A stretch of DNA of 64,000 bases, taken from positions 26,622 through 90,621 of the forward strand of contig FR890370.1 of assembly GCA_000432835.1 (NCBI GenBank), written 5' to 3'. A model generated the notes under the pieces. The model saw nothing but the letters and a program-made list of their open reading frames with translations, had not been told where the DNA came from and searched no databases. This DNA is from Clostridium sp. CAG:417 (lineage in GTDB: Bacteria > Bacillota_I > Bacilli_A > RF39 > UBA660). The stretch's first letter is position 1; each line of letters opens with the position of its first letter. Below, piece by piece: positions 55,345 to 64,000 of the stretch. The translations under genes were made by a program, and so were the position numbers.

Positions 55345-55779
55345 CTAACGTTTTTTTATACCTCTTGTTACTAAGTTGTAATATTTTACTTTGAATAATT
55401 CATTTGTTAAATCCTCATTTTTACTATTTCTATGCTTTTCATATAATTTGTCAACAACATGAGCTCTCTCACTGAGAATCAATCTTTTAATTCGCATTAA
55501 ATGATATTTATTAATCTCTATTGGATAATCTAATAACTCCAATAGTCCCCCTATATTAGCGTGTCTTTCAATATAACATTTGTTATCATCAGGTGATAAA
55601 GAAAAAGGGGCAGAAGCATGAATTAAATCAATACCTTGATCATTTACGACAGTATAAATAATCTTTTTTATACACTTATCATTTTCCTTATCTTTAACAA
55701 CTCCAACATTAATATTTTCACGTCTTAATACAACATCATACTTTAATACTTCGTTATTTTTTGTAATTTTAATTTTCAT
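55345..55779 (-). CDS. Hypothetical protein (144 aa)
   Basis: Intact ORF with RBS AAAGGAGAA. It converges on the 54590 gene across a shared hairpin. No recognisable motif. Confidence 0.6.
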   Translation of the reverse strand: MKIKITKNNEVLKYDVVLRRENINVGVVKDKENDKCIKKIIYTVVNDQGIDLIHASAPFSLSPDDNKCYIERHANIGGLLELLDYPIEINKYHLMRIKRLILSERAHVVDKLYEKHRNSKNEDLTNELFKVKYYNLVTRGIKKR

Positions 55780-55947
55780 AATTTCTCCTTTAAATATTCT
55801 ATATTATATTATTCAAAATTTATAAATATTCTATTAATAAAAAATATTATAAAAGTTGTGCGGTCTTACTACAAAATAATACTACACATTTTTAGGGCCG
55901 TGTTTGATATTATCACACATTTTTTTTGATTTGTGAAGCCTTTTTTG

Positions 55948-55976
55948 TTGACTAAATGATCTTTTTTTGATAAAAT
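55948..55976 (+). promoter_or_regulatory. Putative sigma-A promoter of the 56007 gene
   Basis: TTGACT (55948-53), a 17-nt spacer, then TAAAAT (55971-76), about 30 nt upstream of the ATG. Confidence 0.5.
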
Positions 55977-56006
55977 AAGAGTCACTTGTCAGGGGGAAAG
56001 AAGAAA

Positions 56007-56906
56007 ATGAAAAAAAGTGAAAGACTAGAATACCTACATAATTGTAAAACTTTATTAGAATATAAGGAATTAGACACTAATGAGCTTATTGATATGATGT
56101 GTCATAAATTTAAAATGCAACCATCAGTTTTAGAAAAATACATTCCTACATTTCATAGTTCACATTTATTATCAATGACGAATATTGAAAAGATAGAAAA
56201 ACTATATGATGAACTAATAGAATATCAGAAATCACAACTATATATACTAGATAAAGCAAAAGATGCAATTGCTGACTATATTGCTAGTGATGCATCATCT
56301 TTAAAAGAATACGTCAAAAGTAGAGATATGAGTTTATCAACACTAACATACTATTTAGATATTCTTATCTTGTGTGAAGACCCATTATATGAGACTTATA
56401 AAATATCAGCTTTAGAAAAAGAAGAGTTTGAAAAAACTAAGCAAATAAGTAACGGAGTAGAAGTAATTAACAAACTTCAAAATGGAGTTTTACTTGAAGA
56501 TGGAAGTATCAGAGATTTTGACTTAATAGATTATTATGAAATGATGAATATTAAACCAAAAGCCGCTGTTAATCTCTTAAAAAAATATATTTCTAATCAT
56601 CAACTAGTAGGTCTAAAAATATTTAGTCAAAGATACTTAGAAGATAAAGAGCTAACACCAAAAGATGTTAGTATAAAACTTAATGAAAGATTAGAAATTA
56701 ACTGCCAAAAAGATAAAAGAGGAATATTTGTTCGCGGAACAGGAAAAGTAATTTCTGATGATGAAAAATTAGCAGTAATTAATTATATTTTAAATAAGAG
56801 AATACCACTAACTGATGGTACATATGAATCTGGATTAGCTAGAGTTAAGAAAAACGTCTTTGACTTAGACAAAGCAGAAAACGAAAAAATATATACACTC
56901 GTATAG
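56007..56906 (+). CDS. Hypothetical protein (299 aa)
   Basis: The ATG at 56007 follows AGGGGGAAAG. It looks all-helical and has no recognisable motif. Confidence 0.6.
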   Translation: MKKSERLEYLHNCKTLLEYKELDTNELIDMMCHKFKMQPSVLEKYIPTFHSSHLLSMTNIEKIEKLYDELIEYQKSQLYILDKAKDAIADYIASDASSLKEYVKSRDMSLSTLTYYLDILILCEDPLYETYKISALEKEEFEKTKQISNGVEVINKLQNGVLLEDGSIRDFDLIDYYEMMNIKPKAAVNLLKKYISNHQLVGLKIFSQRYLEDKELTPKDVSIKLNERLEINCQKDKRGIFVRGTGKVISDDEKLAVINYILNKRIPLTDGTYESGLARVKKNVFDLDKAENEKIYTLV

Positions 56907-56910
56907 AAAA

Positions 56911-56943
56911 AGAAAAGGCTTGCAAATGCTGCAAGTCTTTTTA
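56911..56943. terminator. Bidirectional terminator between the 56007 gene and def
   Basis: CTTGCA-AATGC-TGCAAG core extended by flanking A/T pairs. An A-run lies upstream and a T-run downstream. Confidence 0.75.
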
Positions 56944-57489
56944 AATTCCTCTCATTTTATCTTGATCTTTAAATGGGTTTTTCTTATCAATCTTATCTAT
57001 AAACAATATACCATTTAAGTGGTCATATTCATGTTGAAAAGCAATAGCTAATTCTTCACGACCTCTAACTCTAATTTTATTACCATCCATATCATATCCC
57101 TCAATAGTTACTCTTGCATATCGTGGGGTAATACCAACAGTTTCACGATTAACACTTAAACATCCTTCACCATCTGTTACATAAATCTTTTCTGTAGAAG
57201 TACTAACTATTTTAGGATTAATAATGACGTAAGTATTGAATTTTTTTTCTTCATATTCATGAACTACTACAAAATATCTTTTTGGTATTCCTAATTGAAT
57301 AGCGGCCATTCCCATACCTGGTCTTAAATCATATTTTAATGCTAATTCTTCTATTTGACTATTAGTAAGATATTCAATAATATCATTAATAGTTTTTCTA
57401 TCTTCATCAGTTAAAGGAAAAACAACTTCCTTACTTACTGTTCTTAAAAGCTTATTTTTCTCATCTATAATGTCCTTTGTTTTAAGCAT
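56941..57489 (-). CDS. def: Peptide deformylase
   Basis: GMGMAAIQLG, EGCLS and HEYDH motifs. Confidence 0.9.
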   Translation of the reverse strand: MLKTKDIIDEKNKLLRTVSKEVVFPLTDEDRKTINDIIEYLTNSQIEELALKYDLRPGMGMAAIQLGIPKRYFVVVHEYEEKKFNTYVIINPKIVSTSTEKIYVTDGEGCLSVNRETVGITPRYARVTIEGYDMDGNKIRVRGREELAIAFQHEYDHLNGILFIDKIDKKNPFKDQDKMRGI

Positions 57490-57577
57490 AACTTCATCTC
57501 CTTACTTCCATACCCCTTTTTGACAGTGTTATTATATCTCAAAAACAGATAAAAGTAAAGAAAAAAGAGCATAAGCT

Positions 57578-57745
57578 CTAATTTGCAAATCTTGTTCCGA
57601 TTACAATAACAAGTAATATAAATAATACTAATATAATAGCGTATGTAGAACTATTATTATTATTTCCATAATTGTAAACAGGATAGTAAGGAGTTTGATA
57701 ATTCATACCAGAACATCCGCAACTTCCTCCACCGTAATAATACAT
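57578..57745 (-). CDS. 55-aa Gly/Tyr/Cys-rich tiny membrane protein (YjcZ-like); not in the ORF track
   Basis: My minus-strand translation is MYYYGGGSCGCSGMNYQTPYYPVYNYGNNNNSSTYAIILVLFILLVIVIGTRFAN. A strong SD AAAGGAGG lies 8 nt upstream. The AGAGC-TTAT-GCTCT hairpin plus T6 lies right after the stop. Confidence 0.65.
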   Translation of the reverse strand: MYYYGGGSCGCSGMNYQTPYYPVYNYGNNNNSSTYAIILVLFILLVIVIGTRFAN

Positions 57746-57890
57746 AACTAAGCCTCCTTTGTTATTCTACTATAGGATATGTAAAACTGAAAAAAGTGTT
57801 CATTATGACTGTAAAATAAATAAAGAAATATTTAATTAAAATAGCCACAACCATATAATATATGATATTATATAAAATAAGGAGGCTAAC

Positions 57891-59063
57891 ATGAAAAGAG
57901 TTTTTAAATACCTTGACAAACCACTATTAATAATTTCTATAATTCTTTTTGTTGTTGGCTTAATAATGGTTTTTTCATCATCTAATGTAACTGCTTATAT
58001 GACACATGCCGCAAGTCCTTATAATTATTTTATAAAACAGGGTGCTTTTTTACTAGTAGGCCTCATTTTTAGTTTAATTATGATTAAGTTTAATACTAAG
58101 TTATATGGTATATTGTCTTGGACCCTCTTTTTAGGAGTGGGGGTATCATTGTTTGCTCTTCTTTTTATAGGAAAAACTAAAAATCAAGCTATAAGTTGGT
58201 ATGATTTAGGTCTATTTAGTTTCCAACCCAGTGAATTTATCAAAGTTATTTCTATAATTTGGATGGCAGAGTATTATGAGAAAAATAAAGATAACCTTTC
58301 GTCATATTGGGTAAGCCTGTTTCCCTTATTTGCTTGCGGAATCATTGCTATTTTAATATTTGTCCAACCTGATCTTGGAACAACAATTATATATCTAGTA
58401 ATAGTATTCGCAATTTTTCTGGCAGAACCAGTTCCCAAAAGTATTAAAACAAAATTAATATTTGGTGGAGTAGGAGCTATAGTCCTCGCAACATTTGCCT
58501 TGCTTTCATCCGGTAAACAACTAATACTAGAACGTCAGTTAGAAAGACTAAATTTTACAAGACCATGTGACAGACTATTAGATACAGGAAACCAAGTCTG
58601 TAATGGTTATATAGCTATTAATAATGGTGGCCTAACCGGTAAAGGGCTAGGGAATAGTACCCAAAAATATCTTTATCTACCTGAACCATATACAGATTTT
58701 ATCTTTACAATAACCGTTGAGGAATTAGGTTCCGCTATTGGTGTTTTAATTATTATCCTATATATGGTTGTACTATATAGAATACTTGCTATAGGTAGAA
58801 AAAGTTATACCAACAGAGGAAGTACAATCTGTTATGGAGTAGCTGTATACATTTTCTGTCATATTGCTGTAAATCTTATGGGAATATTCGGACTTATTCC
58901 AATGACTGGAGTTCCACTTCCATTTATGAGTTATGGAGGAAGTTTCACCATTTGTTTAATAGCGGCCCTAACTGCTGTACAAAGGGTAAGCGTTGAAACA
59001 GGTATCAGAGATCAGGTTAAAACAGAAAATAGATTAAAGAATCCTAAAAAGAAACATGCTTAA
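57891..59063 (+). CDS. SEDS family protein (FtsW/RodA/SpoVE)
   Basis: Ten-TM layout with FQPSEFIKV, QPDLGT, LPEPYTDFIF and PLPFMSYGGS motifs. Confidence 0.85.
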   Translation: MKRVFKYLDKPLLIISIILFVVGLIMVFSSSNVTAYMTHAASPYNYFIKQGAFLLVGLIFSLIMIKFNTKLYGILSWTLFLGVGVSLFALLFIGKTKNQAISWYDLGLFSFQPSEFIKVISIIWMAEYYEKNKDNLSSYWVSLFPLFACGIIAILIFVQPDLGTTIIYLVIVFAIFLAEPVPKSIKTKLIFGGVGAIVLATFALLSSGKQLILERQLERLNFTRPCDRLLDTGNQVCNGYIAINNGGLTGKGLGNSTQKYLYLPEPYTDFIFTITVEELGSAIGVLIIILYMVVLYRILAIGRKSYTNRGSTICYGVAVYIFCHIAVNLMGIFGLIPMTGVPLPFMSYGGSFTICLIAALTAVQRVSVETGIRDQVKTENRLKNPKKKHA

Positions 59064-59124
59064 TAAACATGTTTTTTTGTTTTTGGTAATTAGTTTTCTT
59101 ATTATACATATGAGGAGGCTAGTT

Positions 59125-59823
59125 ATGTCATTTACTTATCGTCATCGTAAAGAAATATTCTTAATTACAATAGTTATTATTTTATTATCAATAGGGGGAA
59201 TATATTTTTATAATACTAATTTTAAGGAAAAGAAAAAGAAGAAAACTCCACAAACTATTTTAATAGAAAAGTCACCTACTACCAAGAAAAATGAAGAAAA
59301 AAGGGTCGCTTCTATCTATAAAGTTGATATAAAAGGAGCTGTTAATAATCCAGGTATTTACTCTTTTAATAATCAAGAAAGAATAATTGATGTTATAAAT
59401 CAAGCAGGAGGTTTAACAAATGACGCTGATACGACAGTTATTAATCTCAGCAAAAAAATAAAAGATGAAATGGTCATCATAATTTATACGAAATCAGAAG
59501 TTCTAGATTTCAAAAAAACTAAAGAACAAGAAAACGAGGTTATCAAAAAATGCATTCAAAAAGATGCTGATTCCATTAAAAATGATGCTTGCCTTGATAC
59601 CAATGATTCAAAAACTTCCGAATTAACTGGGAAAATAAATATTAATACAGCCACACTAGATGAGTTAAAATCTCTTCCAGGAATAGGAGAAAGTAAAGCT
59701 CAGAATATTATTAAGTACCGTACAGAAAAAGGAAATTTTACAGATATTTCAAAAATAAAAGAAGTAGAGGGAATAGGAGATAGTCTTTATGCTCAAATTG
59801 AGGCATACATTACTATCGAATAA
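59125..59823 (+). CDS. comEA: Competence protein ComEA (DNA receptor)
   Basis: N-terminal TM, a SLBB-like middle (VDIKGAVNNPGIY) and a C-terminal helix-hairpin-helix NINTATLDELKSLPGIGESKAQNIIKYR. The ATG at 59125 follows GAGGAGG. Confidence 0.85.
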   Translation: MSFTYRHRKEIFLITIVIILLSIGGIYFYNTNFKEKKKKKTPQTILIEKSPTTKKNEEKRVASIYKVDIKGAVNNPGIYSFNNQERIIDVINQAGGLTNDADTTVINLSKKIKDEMVIIIYTKSEVLDFKKTKEQENEVIKKCIQKDADSIKNDACLDTNDSKTSELTGKININTATLDELKSLPGIGESKAQNIIKYRTEKGNFTDISKIKEVEGIGDSLYAQIEAYITIE

Positions 59824-61882
59824 ATTATATTTTGTAATTCTCCTAATTGTAGTGGTGATTTCTGTTCCAAGACTTCTAGTTAAAGAAAACAGTATTTTAG
59901 ATACTGATACAAAAGAGTTAACTGGAACCATAACTAATTTCACCTTTGATGGTAATTGCTTAACCTTAGACTTAAAAATATCCAGATTTGAAAATACCAA
60001 AGCTACCTATCACTTTAAAGAGTTAAGTGAGTTATTGAAAATAAAAAAAGTTCTAAGACTTGGAGACAAAATATCTCTTACAGGAAATACAAAAAAACCA
60101 AGGGAAAGGTCAGTCCCTAATACCTTTGATTATAGGCACTATCTTAGAATAAAACATATAAATTATTTATTTGAAGGAGAAAAAATAGTTTCACTGAAAC
60201 GAAATAATAATGTTTACTACATGTTAAAAAACACCATTTATAACTATATCAATCACTTTAAATCAAAGTCTTACATTAAAATGCTCCTTATCGGTGATAC
60301 AAGTGAAGTGAATAAAGAAATTATAGATAGTTTTAGAGAAATTGGTATTAGTCACTTGTTTGCTATTTCTGGAACACAAGTTACCTTGCTTGCGGAAATA
60401 ATTATAAAATCACTCAAGAAAATGAGATGCAGTGAAAAATTAGGTTATATAATGAGTAATATTTTTACCTTTTGTTATCTTTTTATAACCAACTCCCCGC
60501 CGGCAGTATTACGTGCTGTTCTTTCATTTTTGTTATCATCAATTAATAAATATAACTATTTTTATATTTCCAGTGTAAACATTTTTCTCCTCACTCTAGC
60601 TATTACCTTATTAATTAATCCCTTCTATATATATGATTTAGGTTTTTTATATTCCTATATCATTAGTTTTTCTCTAATATTATGCTCTAAAATATTAGAT
60701 TCAAGTAAAAAATTTAAAACCCTATTATTAACATCAATTATCTCTTTTCTTGTTAGTATTCCAGTATCACTATATACATTTTATCAGATAAATGTTTTAA
60801 GTATTATTTATAATTTATTTTATGTTCCATTCGTTAATAGTATTTTATTTCCTCTAGCTATTCTGACTTTAATATTTCCTTTTTTAGATAATGTCCTATT
60901 AATTTTTATCAGGGTTTTAGAAATTACTTCTACAGCCATTAGTACCATTTCTCTCGGAAAACTAATTTTTTCTAAAACTATCTTTATTATTTATATCATC
61001 TATTTTCTAGTTCTATATCTTTTATATCATACTAGAAAAAAGATTTTTATTATAGCTTTTGCAGTGTTATTAATATTTCACTATAATATTGTTACTATTT
61101 TTCCCAAAGATTACATTACTATGATAGATATTGGCCAAGGGGATTCTATACTAATATCTTCTAAGGGAAAAAATATGTTAATAGATACTGGTGGCAAAAT
61201 GCGATATAAAGGTGCAAAATGGGAAGAAGTATCAAGTCCTACAAATATTACAGACAATATTACAATTCCGTATTTAAAATCAAAAGGAATTAGAAAACTT
61301 GACTATTTAGTATTAACTCACGGTGACTATGACCATTTAGGAGAAGCTATAAATATTTTAGAAAAATTTAGAGTTGATCAAATCTATATCAATGAAGGAC
61401 ACATTAATTACTATGAAAGAGCAATAATAAAAAAATATAATACTAATATTTTAAAAGAGAAAATGATTATTAATCTAGGTAATTTTTCATTTCAATCTCT
61501 AAATAAAGATTTAAATGATGAAAATGACAGCAGTATTATTTTATATGGAGTATATAATGCTTATCAAATGTTATTTATGGGAGATGCCAGCACTAAGAGT
61601 GAACGGGAGCTTCTTAAAAATTATAATCTATCAAAAATCAATTTCTTAAAAGTAGGTCACCATGGTAGTAAAACAAGTACTAGTGAAGAACTCTTAAAAA
61701 CAATAAAACCAGATATAGCCCTCATTTCTGCTGGCGTTGATAATAAATTTCATCATCCTCATCAAGTAATTATAGATAGACTTTTACATTATCATATCAA
61801 ATATTATCTAACAAGTAAGGTCGGAAGTGTAGAAATATATTTTTCCAAAAATAAATATCGTATTGTATCATGTATTTCTTAA
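59789..61882 (+). CDS. comEC: DNA internalisation competence protein ComEC/Rec2
   Basis: Competence membrane domain (GISHLFAISGTQV) plus a C-terminal metallo-beta-lactamase domain (LVLTHGDYDHLGE, VGHHGS). The start is uncertain because the listed ATG overlaps comEA by 35 nt. Confidence 0.9.
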   Translation: MLKLRHTLLSNKLYFVILLIVVVISVPRLLVKENSILDTDTKELTGTITNFTFDGNCLTLDLKISRFENTKATYHFKELSELLKIKKVLRLGDKISLTGNTKKPRERSVPNTFDYRHYLRIKHINYLFEGEKIVSLKRNNNVYYMLKNTIYNYINHFKSKSYIKMLLIGDTSEVNKEIIDSFREIGISHLFAISGTQVTLLAEIIIKSLKKMRCSEKLGYIMSNIFTFCYLFITNSPPAVLRAVLSFLLSSINKYNYFYISSVNIFLLTLAITLLINPFYIYDLGFLYSYIISFSLILCSKILDSSKKFKTLLLTSIISFLVSIPVSLYTFYQINVLSIIYNLFYVPFVNSILFPLAILTLIFPFLDNVLLIFIRVLEITSTAISTISLGKLIFSKTIFIIYIIYFLVLYLLYHTRKKIFIIAFAVLLIFHYNIVTIFPKDYITMIDIGQGDSILISSKGKNMLIDTGGKMRYKGAKWEEVSSPTNITDNITIPYLKSKGIRKLDYLVLTHGDYDHLGEAINILEKFRVDQIYINEGHINYYERAIIKKYNTNILKEKMIINLGNFSFQSLNKDLNDENDSSIILYGVYNAYQMLFMGDASTKSERELLKNYNLSKINFLKVGHHGSKTSTSEELLKTIKPDIALISAGVDNKFHHPHQVIIDRLLHYHIKYYLTSKVGSVEIYFSKNKYRIVSCIS

Positions 61883-61968
61883 TGCTTCATTCTAATATAA
61901 AAAACTATCGGCATAAAAGATGCGTATATAACTTTACATATGATATAGAATTTATTTTTATTCTGTAG

Positions 61969-63426
<1,458 letters not shown>

Positions 63427-63533
63427 CTTATCACCCCTCTAATCTATTATATGTCAAGATAGAAAAAAGTTTTGTAAATATCTTTAAATTTGTAAAAAAC
63501 TTTGGTACAATACAATAAGATAGGAGAATGTCT

Positions 63534-64000
63534 ATGAAAGAGTCTAAAAATCCATTTGTTTCTATGTATAAAGGTTTTAAAAATATATTTAAAGGTAAAA
63601 AAAAGGATAAAACTCCTGCAGTACAAGAAGAGGCCTTAATGGATATGACCAATATATCACCTATAGTTAATAATCCTCAAACGAGTAACGCTACTCAACC
63701 TATAACTCCACAACAAGACACTTTAGCGGGTATAAAACAGCGTGAGCATAAAAAAGAAGACAGAAACCTTTTCCCTTTTAGATATAAAGCCAAAACAGCA
63801 ACAGGAAGAAAAGCTACAGGTATCTTTTCTGCTGAAAGTATTAATGATTGTATTCACTTTTTAGAAATACAAGGTTATACAGATATTCAAGTAAAGCCCA
63901 AAGAAAAATGGGATTTTGACATTGTACTTGATAAGAAATTAGGAGTAGGAGACTTAGCTTTTGATTTAACACAATTGTCTACATATATCAAAGCCGGTAT
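63534..64000 (+). CDS. Type II secretion/type IV pilus platform protein (GspF/PilC/ComGB family), 5' part; not in the ORF track
   Basis: An open frame runs from the ATG at 63534 (RBS TAGGAG) to the window end. FRYKAKTATGRKATGIFSAESINDCIHFLEIQGYTDIQV....LAFDLTQLSTYIKAG matches the GspF N-domain pattern. An ~80-aa low-complexity N-extension precedes it. Confidence 0.65.
   Translation, partial: MKESKNPFVSMYKGFKNIFKGKKKDKTPAVQEEALMDMTNISPIVNNPQTSNATQPITPQQDTLAGIKQREHKKEDRNLFPFRYKAKTATGRKATGIFSAESINDCIHFLEIQGYTDIQVKPKEKWDFDIVLDKKLGVGDLAFDLTQLSTYIKAG

Noticed and set aside
49353-56943. Calling the orphan block a mobile element or prophage remnant.
   Set aside because: I saw no integrase, recombinase, transposase, phage structural genes or flanking direct repeats. 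It is reported only as a candidate accessory island.

Overview
This is a chromosomal segment from a very AT-rich, low-GC Gram-positive bacterium. T-box leaders, DnaI, SepF/DivIVA, ComEA/ComEC, an LCP protein and extended -10 'TGATATAAT' promoters place it in Bacillota, possibly the Erysipelotrichales, but I cannot verify the taxon. All calls come from reading the ORF translations and the DNA by eye; no homology search was run. Most of the window is housekeeping and mostly on the + strand. It holds a P-type ATPase 3' end, oleate hydratase with a TetR regulator, Ogt, Tag and Add. It also holds QueH, MurC, a two-component system, SepF-DivIVA, T-box-ileS, arginase and MurE. Further along are tRNA-Gln with GluRS, a roughly 20-repeat BspA/DUF285-type surface protein and PepC. 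DnaI is followed by an RNB nuclease and a T-box-dut-thrS operon. The remaining housekeeping genes are mraZ-rsmH-ftsL-pbp2B, def, a SEDS protein, comEA-comEC, tgt and the 5' end of a comGB/pilC-like gene that is missing from the ORF track. I found five tRNAs (Met, Gln, Arg-CCG, Thr-GGT), two T-box leaders, a MraZ operator array and a MerR-type promoter with a 19-bp spacer. There are no CRISPR arrays, rRNA genes, integrases or transposases. Two places look most likely to hold something undescribed. (1) A roughly 7.5 kb mixed-strand block of nine orphan ORFs at 49.4-56.9 kb sits directly after an atypical AT-rich tRNA pair. It includes an XRE / Cys-His-Asp-motif protein / kinase-like trio. (2) A self-contained two-gene operon at 20.2-23.0 kb encodes a ClpX paralogue with a novel N-domain plus a membrane-anchored HExxH/EG protein. 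Other notable points are an IleRS whose HIGH motif reads GLHH, a tRNA-Arg(CCG) with C33, dut placed under a Thr T-box, an unlisted 55-aa YjcZ-like ORF, and three 1-nt frameshifts in two genes.
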